From Mobula hypostoma (taxonomy: Eukaryota), in assembly GCF_963921235.1 (NCBI RefSeq), contig NC_086097.1:19160001-19224000 (forward strand): a DNA stretch of 64,000 bases, given 5' to 3'. The translations under genes were made by a program, and so were the position numbers. How positions within the stretch are numbered: position 1 is the stretch's first letter; each line of letters starts with the position of its first letter. The notes beneath the pieces were generated by a model that was not told the origin of the DNA, ran no database searches, and saw only the letters and a list, made by a program, of their open reading frames with translations. Positions 36,961-50,511 of the stretch are shown in pieces.

Positions 36961-37494
36961 TCAAAAATTATATTTGGGTCAAATATCCAGAACAGCAGAC
37001 CGAGCAGAGTAGACATGCTGAGGGATTTTTGCCAAATGTGTTGATGAATACACAGCAATGAGAAAGCAAAGCTACCGGTAACAATTTTTACTAAGAAATG
37101 TTACACCTGCCCATTCACCACACTGTGTTACTCTGAATTTCCAGCACCTGCAGAATCTCTTGTGTTTACGATTTGCTACTCCACTGGGAAACCATTTCGG
37201 GGTAGGCCTACCCTGAGGAAATTTCAATCTTTTCTTCAACGGGAGTTCAGTGAGACCCTCTCTCACTGTACTCTCTCTGTGACCTCTGTTGTCCTCTGAC
37301 TGTTCAACATGTGCTCACCCAGACTCACTGCCATAGCTAAGTGTCCTTCCTGAGAGCTTGTTTTCACACCATCTTGTTCCACCTGGTTTCCATCACCATT
37401 TTCAGGCCTCCCAGTTTGGACCCACCAAGGTACCTCTGTCTGATTGACAGCTTCTCAGTCTGAATTCCATGTGCCTCTCTCTCCACTCTGCAGA

Positions 37495-39968
37495 GATACC
37501 TGCAGACCCTGACTTAGTCATTGCCACAACAATTTCACCTCTGGTTCTTCCTACTTTCTCTAAACTCGCACCCGCATGGGCCCAGCTATGCCTGCCTTTC
37601 CAATGGCTACGCAGAACAGTTCATGATCCAAGCCTTCCCCGGTCTTCCTGCACTATATTGACAATTGCACTGGCACTTCCTGTACCCCTGCTGAGCTCAT
37701 CAATCTCATCAATTTTGTCTCCAACTTCCACCCTGGCCTGCATTGTCAATATTCTTGATGCATACCTCCTGTTCCACTTCAACTGTGCCAATGAACATGT
37801 CACTGTTGCCCTCACTCTGTTCCATAGCATGCATTTTCCTTGCGTGCTCCTTCGATTTGCACGTCTTTGCAAAGTGATTTCTTTTCTGACATAACTTGCA
37901 TGTCTGACCAAAGGCTGGACATATTCTGTATCCATGTTTATAACCACATCTGTTGCAGTTAACTTCCTTTTGATCATCCTGTGGAGCTGGCTTTGTCCTA
38001 CTCTTGTCAGTTTCCACAGTTTTTATTTTGTGCACTTCAATCTCTTCATTGAGCACTTTAACCTGACTTGACGTGATCTCGCTGGCACGGCAAACATCAA
38101 TTGCCTTTTCTAATGTAAGATCCGCCTCTCTCAATAGCCTGCCTCTCACTTGATCATCCTGTATGCTGCATTCAATCGTGTCACGTATTAAAGAGCCATG
38201 CAGTTGTCCGAACTCACAGTCTTTTGCCTTGCTCTTCAAATCTGTTACATAGGCGTCTATGGTCTCTACTGGCCCTTGAGTCCTCGTGAAAAACCTGTGT
38301 CGGATGTACGGTAGGTTTTTTTCTCAGTTCGCAGTAATCTTGAAACTTTTTCTTCAACACTTCAATTTTATCTTGCTCATCATCTTGGAAGACAAACATG
38401 TTGCAAACCTTTATTGCCTCTTCACCCGCCACATGCAGAAACGTAGCACATTGTACTTTCTCCGTCTTTTCAGCTACGCTGCTAGCGGTGCAAAACAGCT
38501 CAGACTTCTGGATCCATATTTTCCAGTTCTCAGCAAGATTACCTTGTAGGCTTAAACTTGACTGTGGCTGTAACTGTGACATCTTTTACGTGTCTTCTCT
38601 TCCTTTTTTTTCGCGATTTCTTCTGACATCATGTAATATTGATGTGACTCGGACACCGCTGTAGATTGAACAACCACGTTTATTCACCAGACTTCCATTT
38701 TCTACTTCTCTACGTCCTGACGTCATACGTACTCTGACGCTATGAATACTCACACAATACATTACGATGCGGGGCTCATCAATCTCATTAATTTTGTCTC
38801 CAACTTCCACCCTGGCCTTAAATTCACTCGGTCCATTTCTGACATCTCTCTCCCCTTTCTTGATCTGTCTGTCTCTATCTGTGGAGACAAACTGTCTACC
38901 GATATCTTTCATAAACTATTTATTCCTGTGGCTATTTTGACTATACCTCTTCCCACCCTATCTCCATTAAAAATGTTATTCCCTTTGCTCAGTTCCTTCA
39001 ACTCCGCCGCATCTGTTCCCAGGATGCAGTTTTCCTTTCCAGGACATCAGACATGCCCTCCTTCTTCAAAGAACAAGGTTTCCTTTCTTCCACTATTGAT
39101 GCTGCCCTCACCCATATCTCCTCCATTCCCTGACCATCCCCTATGCATTCGCTCCCTCCCTACTAACCTCTATCCAGGCACACATCCCTGAAAGCGACAG
39201 AACTGTAGCACCTCCTCACCCATTCATCTCCTCCCTCACCTCCATTCAGGGCCACATCAGTCCTTCCATTTGAGGCAACGCTTCACCTGCGAGTCCGTAG
39301 GGGTCATCTATTGTATCCAGTCCTCTGGATGCGGCCTCCTTTACATTGGTGAGACTTGACGTAAATTGGGGCACCACTTTGTCGAGCACCTCCACTCCAT
39401 CCATGAAAAGTGGAATTTCCCATTGGCTAACCTTTATAATTCCTATCCCCAATCCCGTTCCAACACGTTGGTCCAGTGCTTCCTCTTCTGCCGTGATGGG
39501 GCCATTCTCAAAACTCTCAAAATGAAGGAGCAACACCTCCTATTCCATCTAGCAGCCTCTAAACTGATGGCATGAACATCAACTTCTCCTCATTTTTCCC
39601 CTTCCCCTTCCCTCTTTTTCTATTCTCTGGCTCCCACTTTTTTCCTCACCTTCCCTGGTGCCCCTCATCCTTCCCTTTCTTCCAGGGTCACCTCTCCTCT
39701 CCCTTTCGATTCCTTCATCTCCAGCACTTTTCTTTTTCACATATAACCTCCCAGCTTCTTACTTCATCCCCCTTCCCACATCCCCCTCTTGGCTTCACCT
39801 ATCACCTTCTAGCTTGTCCCACTTCTCCTCTCCCCACCTTTTTATTCTGGCTTCTTCCACCGTCTTTTCCAGTCCTGAAGAAGGCTCTTGGCCCAGATGT
39901 GAACTGTTTATTCCTCTCCATAGATGCCGCCTGGCCTTCTGAGTATCTCCAGTACTTTGTGTGCGTTA
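37495..39968 (+). mobile_element. Degenerate Penelope-like element (pieces 37495-37739 and 38767-39968)
   Basis: YIDNC RT motif, FVSNFHPGLKFT, DLSVSI, GIY-YIG remnant and terminal repeat; interrupted by the Gypsy fragment. Confidence 0.8.
37740..38766 (-). mobile_element. Ty3/Gypsy (Mag-like) LTR retrotransposon 5' fragment: LTR, PBS, gag
   Basis: 135-bp LTR at 38632-38766 (minus strand CGTAAT...ATTACA, AATAAA inside), then PBS-like TGATGTCAGAAG (38620-38631). Gag starts at ATG 38582 (GNLAENWKIW...FLHVAGEEA), with zinc knuckles CNRCGYKH...C and CKLCQKRNHFAKTC, and one frameshift at the A7 run 38316-38322. Confidence 0.88.
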
Positions 39969-40443
39969 CCTCAACTAAGGTTAAGTAAGAAAATCTGTCT
40001 CGCTGGGGTAGCACAAGAGACCATGAACTTTAACTTTCACTCTGGGAAGTTCTCACTCTATAACCCCACCTAACTGTTCTGTTCTCAAAGTTCGAAATTA
40101 ATTTATTATCAAAGAATGGATATGCCACCCTGAGATTCATTTCCTTGCATCCGATCAGATCAGAGAAGTACAATAGTGTCCATGGAAAACTACACACAAA
40201 CAAAGACTACAAGCAACTAATGTTCAAAAGAAGACAAAATGTGAACATATTAATTAATTAATTAATTAATTAATTAATTATGACTAAATAAGTGGATATA
40301 TGAAGAAATAGATACGACAATATTTCTAAGAACATGAGTGGTAGTCCTGGAAAGTGTGGCTTGCAGGTGACGGAATCAGTTCAGTGTTGAGTTGAGTGAA
40401 GTTATCCACACTGTTTCAAGAGCCTGACAGTTGAAGGGTAATA

Positions 40444-40770
40444 ATAGACAATAGACAGTAGGTGCAGGAGTAGGCCATTCAGCCCTTCGAGCCAGCACCA
40501 CCATTCACTGTGATCATGGCTGATCATCCACAATCAGTACCCTTTTCCTGCCTCCTCCCCATATCCCTTCACTCCGCTATCTTTAAGACTCTATCTAACT
40601 TTTTTTTGAAAGAATCCAGAGAATTGGCCTCCACTGCCTTCTGAGGCAGAGCATTCCACAGAACCACAACCCTCTGTGTGAAGAAGTTTTTCCTCAACTC
40701 CGTTCTAAATGGTCTACCCCTTATTCTTAAACTGTGGCCTCTGGTTCTGGACTCCCCCAACATCGAGAAT
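40444..40770 (-). mobile_element. CR1 3' end nested in a Rex1-like tail fragment
   Basis: ESRTRGHSLRIRGRPFRTELRKNFFTQRVV; (CTATTGT)n tail. Confidence 0.8.
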
Positions 40771-41989
40771 ATGTTCCTGAACCCGGTGGTGTGGGAGTTA
40801 AGGCTCCTGTGGCTCCTTCCCAATGGCAGCAGTGAGGTGAGGGCATGTCCTGGTTGGTTGGGGGGAGTGGGGGATGGGGGGGGGTCCTCTCTGACAAATC
40901 AGTGCTCGTAAAGACCCCAATGCTCATGTTTCACTCAGCACTATATTTTAAGTAACACTTAAAATTAAAAGAGTAACTTAAATAATGCGTTGTAGGTTAC
41001 AAATGTTCTAGAATTATGAAGCACCTCATTCGATTTCAATCTTTTCCTTTATGTGCATGGATAAAAATCCAGATTCTCAATGAACAATTCAAGGGTTTAA
41101 AATTAGTGATGGCAGAGAAAAGGCCGACAGCCAAGTAATTGACTGCATGTCGAGGTCTTTTATAACAGTGGTTTTATGAAGACACTGAAACATTTCAACA
41201 GCTGAGGCTGTGTGTATTGGGCTTTATTGATTTATTAAATTACAGTCCAGTAAAATGCAGCAACATTACAGTATGTACAGAAAATGAAACACTTCATTCC
41301 TGCTTACAATCTTACTCAGTACGGACACAATAGTTAAAGGGAATCATTCGAGGGAGGACAATTGGTAGGCAGTACTAAAGCAAGGTCTACCATATAATAG
41401 AAATGTTTTCAAGAACACAAGGGATTCTGCCAATGCTGGAAATCCAGGGTAATGCATACAAAATGCTGCAGGAATTCAGCAGATCAGGCTGCATCTATGG
41501 AGAGGAATAAAGACCTGATGTTTCAGGCTGAGACCCTCCATCAAGGCTGAAAAGGAAGTCAAGATGCCTAGCACTTACCACCCCTCCTTAAGGGTCAGAA
41601 GATGGAGTGGAACAACTTGGATCACAAGTTTGGCATAGAGAAGGAGACAGTTGATCAATACTGAAGGGCAAAAATTGGGGAAAAGGTCACATGGAGATCA
41701 TGTCAAGTGACGGCTTCAAAGGCACATATATGACATTAGTGATACATGAGCAGCTGATCGTCAGGGTTTGCTGGTGGTTCAGTGATTACGTTACTGGACT
41801 AACAATCCAGCGATCTGATTTCAAATCCCGGAATGGCAACTGAATTCAAATTCAGTTAATAATCTAGCTTGATGATGATGACAATGAAATTACTAGATTG
41901 TTTATCAGGTCCTAGAATCATACAGCCCTTCGAATCAGGCCCTACAGCCCACCAAGTCTGTGCCTATTACACTGATATAGGTAAGTCCA

Positions 41990-44106
41990 TCTTTTTACAT
42001 GAAATATAAGGAGAAACAAATTGATAGGATGGTTAAAAAGGCATATGGTGAGTTGGCCTTTGATAGTCTGGAGTTCGAGGTCAAGAGCTGGAAGGTAACG
42101 TTGTTGTTCCCTTTCACACCCCGTGGCGGATCTGGTAGCACTTTTGCCATTTCCGAAGCAATTGACTGCATTTTACAAGGCCGAGTTGCTAGCTCGACGC
42201 TCAGCCCAGCATGGATGAAGAGCATGCAAGGAGCTGGCTGGATTCAAGCTTGCGACCATCCGCCTCGAAGTCCAGAGCTGATTCACTACGCCACCGGCTG
42301 GCCACAGCGTAAAGTTGCAGCTCTATAAAACTTCGGGTAGACCACTTGGAGTATTGTGCTCATTTCTGGTCACCGCATTACAGGAAGGGTGTGGAAGATT
42401 TAGAGAGGGTGAAGAGGAGATTTATTGGGATGCCGCCTGGATTAGAGGGAATGTCTTGTGAGGAATGGCTGAGCAAGAAAAGGTTTTTTCTCTTTGAGGC
42501 AAAGAAGGATGAAATGGATTTGATAGAGATATATAAGATGTTTAGAGACATAGACTGAGTGGACAGCCACAAACTTTTTCCCAGAGTAGAAATGGTTAAA
42601 AAAAGGTGCATAATTTTAAGGTTATTAAAGTTCAAGGTTCAAAGAAAATTTGCTTTCAAAGTACATATACGGCACCACATGCAACCCTGAGATTCAATTT
42701 CTTGTGGGCTACACAATAAATCCATAATAGAATAATAACCATAATAGAATCAGTGAAAGACCAAACCAACCTGGGCATTCAACCAGTGTACAAAAGCTTT
42801 AAAAGTACATTGCTTAAAGGGAAATTACAGGCTGCAGATTGCAGTGTGGGTAATTCAAAAGATGTATATTTAGAGGTATTGTACGTAGCAGGCAGAACAT
42901 TCCTGTGGTTCGCTGGCACTACCTTGCTGTAGAGGAGAGTGTATGGAAAATGTCAGAAGTAAGTTCTTTATACAGAGAGTGGTGGGTGTGTGGAACATGC
43001 AGCCAGCGGTGTTAGTGAAGGCAGATACATACGGACATTTCAGGAACTCTAAGGCACAGGATGGCAGGGTGGAGATATGTCTCTAGCAAAGGAGGTGTAA
43101 GATGCTCCTTCACTCCGGTGGCCTTCAGGTCACCCTTGGGCAAGGTGTAGCAATGGTTTATCCCCCTGACCAGGGTCACTTGAGGCCATGGAAGCAGGTG
43201 GCGGATGGTCGTATGAGCTGCCGGTACATATCACAACACCTGGTTAAGCGACCACTGACAACAGGCAGAGAATCTCTGAAGAGTATTGATAATGGCTAAG
43301 GTCAACCACTGCCCGGAAGAAGGCAATGACAAACCACTTCTGTAGACAAATTTTCCAAGAACAACCATGCTCATGGAAAGACCATGATGGCCTACATCAC
43401 ATGACACGACACATAATGAACAAACGAGGTAGGCACATAGATGAAAGAAAAATAGAGAGTTATGTGAGAAAGAAAGAGTTAGATTGATCTAGGAGTAAGT
43501 TATAAGTTCTCTGTACAAATTAGAGGCGACGTTGACTCATAAAGCAATCATATTGACTCACTGACCCGGCTGGTGGCGTAGTGGCATCAGCGTTGGACTT
43601 CGGGACGAAAGGTCCAGAGTTCGAATCCAGCCAGCTCCCCTGCACGCTTTCCATCCGTGCTGGGTTACGAGCTGGTGACCTCTTTTGAAACTCACCCGGC
43701 GGAAGGCAATGGCAAACCACTGCTGTAATTTGCCTCGTACACGATTCCCCACTACGTCAGAGGTGTGGAGGGAAACCGTCTGCTAACTGGAGAAACTCTG
43801 GATGTGACGTACCTTTCCTTTCCTATTGCCCCATTAATTTTATCTGTTCTCCTCACATTTCCCATCATCAACCTCCTGCCCCCAAGATTCTACCATTCTC
43901 TTACACACTGGGGACCATTTGCAATAACTTCATCTACCAGCCTGAACATTTTTTGGGATGTGGGAGAAAGCCGGAGCACCCTGCAGAGATACAATGTAGT
44001 GACAGGGGATCAAGCAAACTCCACACAGACAGCAGCTGAGGTCAGGATTGAACCCGAGTCGCTGGATCATGGAGGCAGCTGCTCTACCAGATGCACTATT
44101 GTGCTG
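41990..44106. mobile_element. Degenerate CR1 (+) with a cluster of SINE insertions (~42110-42302 -, ~43060-43430 +, ~43565-43822 +, ~43850-44106 -)
   Basis: CR1 motif EYCAHFWSPHYRK; tRNA A/B-box heads; GAAGGCAATGGCAAACCAC motif typical of RTE-related SINEs; V-SINE domain at ~43955-43985. Confidence 0.65.
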
Positions 44107-44564
44107 ATCATGTTGTTGGACCTGCTGGCATTTAATCAACAGCTGCTGGAGAGAGACGGGCTAGGAGAAAACTGCAGGAGAACTGCTGGCTGAGTCATGA
44201 TTATTCATGATTCCAGATTACAGACTGTATATTGTCATTTCTAATACACAAGTATAAACCAAAGCAAAACAATTGTTACTCCCAATCTGATGCAGCAATA
44301 TAAACCACTCTAAGATAAAGAACACAATAAATTGCAATAAATTTAAATACATAAGATAGCTCATATACATAGATTTGATTATATCTACATCAAGGAATGC
44401 TATGCACAGGAGTATCTGTACATAAAGGTGACTGACAGGAAATGATGGATAGTGGAGTGCGGGTGTGGAAGGGCGGGTTAGTGGGTGAAGGTGTTGATCA
44501 GCCTTACTGCCTGGAGAAAGTAACTGTTTTTGAGTCCAGAGATCCTGGTGAGAGTGCTGTGTAG

Positions 44565-44783
44565 TGTTGTAAACTATATATATGTATGTTGTAACTGGGT
44601 TACCTGTCTGGACGCGCCCCTCTGCTGACTGCTCCTGTGGCTCCTCCCACAGACCCCTGAATAAAGGTGATTGCGCCATTGCTCCTCCCTCAGTCCAGAG
44701 GCAGACACTCAGCATGATGGAGGTCACATTTTACTGCTAATAAAAGCCTTTCAGTATTTACTCTACTTCCAGTCTTTTGGAGT
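44565..44783 (+). mobile_element. Solo LTR, second copy (3'-truncated)
   Basis: Starts TGTTGTAAAC; homologous to the reverse complement of 15473-15700. Confidence 0.75.
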
Positions 44784-45906
44784 CCTCACTGTTGGGAGTA
44801 GGACAATTCTCCACCACTGGACTTGGGTTGCCTCTGGCTCAGGAGCAGAGATATTCCCTGAGATGAGTTTCGGCCAGCCTGCATTGTCAGTCACATTGAA
44901 GCAAGGAAAATGTCCTCCTCCGGGTATCTTTTTACAGCACTGACAGCCCCTTAACAACCTTGCCTTGACTAAATAAATGCAATGCAGGAATTACAATGGG
45001 CGGCTCTGAATGTTAATAAACACTTTCCAAACATCATCAGCACTCCCACAAGTAATAGATGGATGTCATATAACAATATCAAAAACCTTCCTGTAAAGCA
45101 AAATAAACTGCTTTTTTTGTTGGGATTTTGTCATCACAATCCAGGGAGAAATGCTGGCAGCATCTTATGAGTAAAGGGTGAATCAGCTGAAGCTTTTCTC
45201 TTTGGAGCGAAGGAGGATGAGAGGTGACTTGACAGAGGTGAATAAGATGATAAGAGGCATAGATCGAGTGGACAGCCAGAGATTTTTTCCCAGGGTAGAA
45301 ATGGCTAATATCAGGAGGCATTATTTTAAGGTGATTGGAGGAAAGCATAAAGGAGGGGGGAATGCCAGAGGCAGTTCTTTTTCACACAGAGAGTAGTGAA
45401 CAGGTGGAGGCAGCTACATTAGGGACATTTAAGAAATGGATAGATAGGTACACGGATGATAGAAAAAAGCAAGGGTTAGATTAGTCTTAGAGTAGTTTGA
45501 AAGGATAGCATAACATCATGGGCTGAAGGGCCAGTACTGTGCTGTAGTGTTCAATGTTCAATATTCGATGTTCTATGTTGGGCTTTCAGAAGTGGGGCTT
45601 AGGATTACTGTAAATGCCACAGTCACTGGAAGCTGGATTTTAGACTGGGAAAGCAGTAAGTGGCTGATGTTGGGGCTGGAGCTCAGTCTCTCCGGATGGG
45701 TCCTCGTAACTAGCTTCTTTCCCAAGGAGAATGGAAGTTCTTGGAAACCCCAGAACATCTTGTCTTCCTATAATAAATGAAATGGAAAGAGGAGATTCCA
45801 GGATATGAGGCTTGCCTTGTCCTATTCCTCTCCCAGAGCATTCTCAGCAACTAGGGAAGGCTGAATGTATGAAGAGCGTTTGATGACAGTTAACCCCATT
45901 ACTTTA

Positions 45907-48900
45907 GACCATTAGACCATAAGGCATAGAAGCAGAATTCGGCCATTTGGCCCATCAAGACTGCACTACCACTCAATTATGGCTGATCCTTAATTTCCCC
46001 TCCTCAGCCCCACTCCCTGGCCTTCTCCCTGTAAACTTTGATGCCGTGGCCAGTCAAGAACCTATCAATCTCCACCTTAAAGATGCCCAATGACCTGGCC
46101 TCAACAGCTATCTATGGTAACAAATTCCACAAATTCACTATCCTCTGGCAAAAGAAATTTCTCTGCATCTCAGTTTTAAACGGATGTCCCTCTATCCTGA
46201 GGGTGTGCCCACTTGTTCAAGTCTCCCTTACCATGGAAAACATCCTTTTCACATCCACTCTGTCTAGGCCTATCAACATTGGAAAGGTTTCATTGAAAAC
46301 CATCCTTATCCTTCTAAATCCCAGTGAGTACAGACCCAGAGCTATCAAATGTTCCTCATATGATAACCCTTTCATTCCCAGAATCATCCTTGTGAACCTT
46401 CTCTGAACCTTTCCAATGTCAGCACATTATTTCTTAGATAAGTAGCCCAAAACTGTTCACAGTACTCAAAGTGAGACCTCACCAGTGCCTTATAAAACCT
46501 CAGCATCACATCCCTGCTCTTGTTTTCTAGACCTCTTAAAATGAATGCTAACATTGCATTTGTCTTCCTCACCACCAACTCAACCTGCAAGTCAACCTTT
46601 AGGGTGTTCTTCACAAAGACTCCCAAGTCCTTTCAATCTCAGATATTTGGATTTTCTCCCCATTTAGAAAATAGTCCGCACATGTATTTCTACTACCAAA
46701 GTGCATGCATTTTCAATGCATTTTCCAACATTGTACTTCATTTACCACTTTCCTGCCCATTCTCTTAAATCCTTCTTCAGACTTTCTGTTTCCTCAACAC
46801 TACCTGCCCCTCCACCAGTCTTTGTATCATCTGCAAACTTGCCAACAAAGCCTCCAATTCCCTTATCTAAATCACTGACATACAGCATAAAAAAAGTTGT
46901 CCCAACACCGACCCCTGCAGAACACCACTAGTCACTAGCGGTTAAACAGAAAAGGATCCTTTTATTCCCACTCACAGCCTCCCGCCAATCAGCCAATGCT
47001 CTAACCAGGTCAGTAATTTTCTTGTAATACCTTGGACCCTTAACTTGGTAAGCAGCCTCATGTGTGTCACCTTGTCAAAGGTCTTCTGAAAATACAAAAA
47101 CACAGCATCCACAGCATCCCCTTTATCTATCCTACTTGAAATCTCCTCAAAGTAGTTTGACAGGTTTGTCACACAAGATTTTTCCTTTAGGAAATCATGC
47201 TGACTTTGTACTGTCTTGCCCTGTGTCACCAAGCTCTTCATAACCTCATCCTTAACAATTAACTCTAACATCTTCCCAACCACTGAGGTCAGGCTAACTA
47301 TAATTTCCTTTCTGCTGCCTTCCTTCTTTCTTAAGAGTGGAGTGACATTTGCAATTTTCCAGTCCTCCGGCACCATGCCAGAGTCCAATGATTTTTGAAA
47401 GATCATTTCTAATGGCACCACAATCTCTAACGCTACTTCTTTCAGAACCCTGGGGTGCAGTTCCTCGGGTCCGGGTGACTTATGTACCCTTAGGTCTTTC
47501 AGCTTTTTAAGCACCTTCTCCCTTGTAATAGTAGCTGCACTCACTTCTCTTCCCTCACACGCTTCAACATCTGGCACACTGCTAGTGTCTTCCACAGTGA
47601 AGACTGATGCAAAATACTCATTTATTTCATCTGCCCTTCCTTGTTCCCCGCTATTGTTTCTCTAGCCTCATTTTCTAGCAGTCCTATATCCACTTATCCA
47701 CTTTGATATTGTTTGCTAGCTTCCTTTCTCATTTCATCTTTTTCCTCCAAATGATTCTTTAAAAGCTTCCCAATCTTCTGTCTTACCACTAATTTTTGCT
47801 TTGTTGTATGCCCTTTCTTTTGCTTTTACATTAGCTTTGACCTCCCTTGTCAGCCACGGTTGTACTATTTTGCCATTTGAGTATTTCTTTGTTTTTGGAG
47901 TACATCTGTCCTGCACCTTCCTCATTTTTCCCAGAAACTCACACCATTGCTGTTCTGCTGTCATCCCTGCCAACAGTTCCTTCAAATTTACTTTGGCCAA
48001 CTCCTCTCTCATACCACTGTAATTTCCTTTACTCCACTGAAATACTATTATGTCAGACTTTCAAATTTCAAGTTGAACTCAATCATATTGTGATCATTGT
48101 ACCCAATGATCACTATACCCAATGACTTGGTCTCCACAGCAATGTATTCTAGCGAATCACTCTGGATAAAGAAATTCCTACTCATCTCTGTTCTAAATGG
48201 ACATCCCTCTATTCTGTGGCTGTGCCCTCTGTTCTTAGACGTCCCCACTTTAGGAAACATCCTCTTCACATCCACTGTATCTAGGCCTTTCAATAAAAGA
48301 TTTCAATGAAATCTCCCCTCATTCTTCTAAACTCCAGTGAGTTCAGACACGGAGCCATCAAATGCCTCTCATACATTAACCCTTCCATTTCTGGAATAAT
48401 TCTCGTGAACCTCTGCTGGACCTTCTCCAATGCCAGCAAATCTTTTCTTAGATAAGAAGCACAAAGTTGCTCAAAACACTCCAAATGTGGTCTGACCAAT
48501 ACCTTATATAGCCTCAGCATACATCTTTGCTTTTATCTTCTGGTCCTCTCAAAATGAATGCTAATATTGCATTTGCCTTCTTTATCACAGAGTCAACCTG
48601 CAAGTTAAACCACGGCCAATCCTCCAGGAGGTCTCTCAGGTCTCTTTGCACCTCTGATTTTTGAATTTCCTCCCTGTTTAGAAAATAGTCTATGCCTATA
48701 TTCCTTCTACTAAAGTGCATAACCATACATTTCCTTGTACTACATTCCATTTGCTCATTCTCCTAATCTGTCTAAGTCCTTCTGCAGACTTCCTGCTTCC
48801 TCAACACTACCTGCTCCTCCACATATCTTTATAACATCTGCAAACTTGGCTGCAAAGCCATCAATTCCACCATCCAAATCATTGAGATATAACGTAAAGA

Positions 48901-49320
48901 GAAATGATCCCAACACCAACTCCCGTGGACACCACAAGTCACCGGCTGCCAATCAGAAGAGGCCCCCTTTATTCCCACTCTTTGCTTCCTGGTTGTCAAA
49001 TAACCTTCTATCCATGCTAGTATCTTTCCTGTAATACCATGGCTGTTATCTTGTTAAGCAGCCTCATGCGTGGCATCTTGTCAAAATTCTTCTGGAAATC
49101 CAAGTAAACAACATCCACTGGCTTTCCTTTGTCTACCCTACTTGCTATTTCCTCAAAGAATTCCAACAGGTTTTTCACTTAAGGAAATCATGCTGACTTA
49201 GACCTATTTTATGATGTACCTCCATGTACCCCAAAACTTCATGCTTAATAATGGACGTCAACATCTTCCCAACCACTGAAGTCGGGCTAACTGGACTATA
49301 GTTTCCTTTCTTCTGCCTCA
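45907..49320 (-). mobile_element. Two adjacent long CR1 ORF2 fragments (~45907-48095 and ~48100-49320)
   Basis: 207-aa ORF at 46972-47595 (KSPGPEELHPRVLKE, DWKIANVTPL, FQKTFDKV), QPWLTREVK and AKFADV. Confidence 0.85.
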
Positions 49321-50339
49321 TATGGAACAAACTGCCAGAGGAAGTTCTAGAGGCAGGTACAATAAAAGTGCTTAAAATACGTTTGGATAAATGCATGGAT
49401 AGAAAAAATTTAGGTGGGATACAGGCACAGATTGCCAGATTAGTTGGGTATCTTGGTCAGCCTGGATGAGCTGGGCTGCAGGGCCTGTTTCCATTCTGAA
49501 TGACTCGACGAGACAGTACTATTCACTTTAACCATGCTAATAAGTTCCACATTCTCACCAATCTTTGGATAAAGAATTTTCTTATCAAACCCCACTGTCT
49601 CTGCTGTTACTTGTTGCATGACGGCTTTCAGCTCTGTTCTTTTCTGCAAGCGGAATCATTGTCACTCCATCCTTTCTGCCAACTACCTCATAATCTTGAA
49701 GGACTCTGTTAGGCCATCCCTCAGTCTTCCCTGTTTGCAGGAAAAGAGACCCACTGTCTATCTATCCCCTCCAGTTCATCCTTGTAGTTAAGTCATCTGC
49801 ACCATCACCACATACTTTTTACCATACGGCTCCAATTTTCACCATCCTGGCCTTAACTCTCTGCTGCCATGGCCTGGTGGTCTGTTCCTCCATTCCTGAA
49901 ACTGATGCTCTTTGCACAGTGCTCCCCCACGTCCACTGACTCAGAGAAGACTTGGAATTACAAACCCTCCATTCCCCACTCAGTACAATCTCTTTTCTGG
50001 AGGAACTTTTACCTTCTCTGCTAATGGACTATCTCCCCGAGGAAGCTACAGAAAATTGCATCTATACAGAACCTTTCTGGTCTCACAATATTCTAAATCA
50101 CCTTTGCAATACTTTTACAAATGTGGTCACCATTGCAGTGTAGATAGCACTGCAGCCAACTGCTATGCAGAAACCTTCCACATAATTTCCATGGTCATTC
50201 TGTAGATGATTGGCCAAAGGGCCTGATTCTACACTGGTTGACTCTATGAGTCCAGGTTGACTGGGGAATAAGCCTTGGCCAGCACACCAGGAAGAAACGC
50301 TCCCTCTCCCTCCTTTGAAGTCATATGATGGGATATTTA

Positions 50340-50511
50340 CACACAAAATGCTGGAAGAACTCAGCAGGCCAGGCAGCATCTGTGGAAAAAAGTACAGTCG
50401 ACATTTCGGGCCTGTACTCTTTTCCATAGATGCTGCCTGGCCTACTGTGTTCCTCCAACTTTTTGCATGTGTTGCTCAGATTCCCAGCATCTCCAGATTT
50501 TCTCTTGTTTC
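50340..50511. mobile_element. Short fold-back PLE derivative
   Basis: Inverted arms of the PLE terminal repeat; degenerate TSD TGATGGGATATTTA (50326-50339) / TGATGGGACCTTTA (50512-50525). Confidence 0.7.

Noticed and set aside
38316..38322. Programmed ribosomal frameshift in gag
   Set aside because: Restoring the frame needs +1 in mid-gag, not the -1 expected at an A-run slippery site; a homopolymer indel is the simpler explanation.
39870..39907. Further hammerhead motifs (also ~9141-9174, ~41510-41550, ~52810-52845 and ~62570-62605)
   Set aside because: Core nucleotides or stems are mutated or missing, so they were not called as ribozymes.
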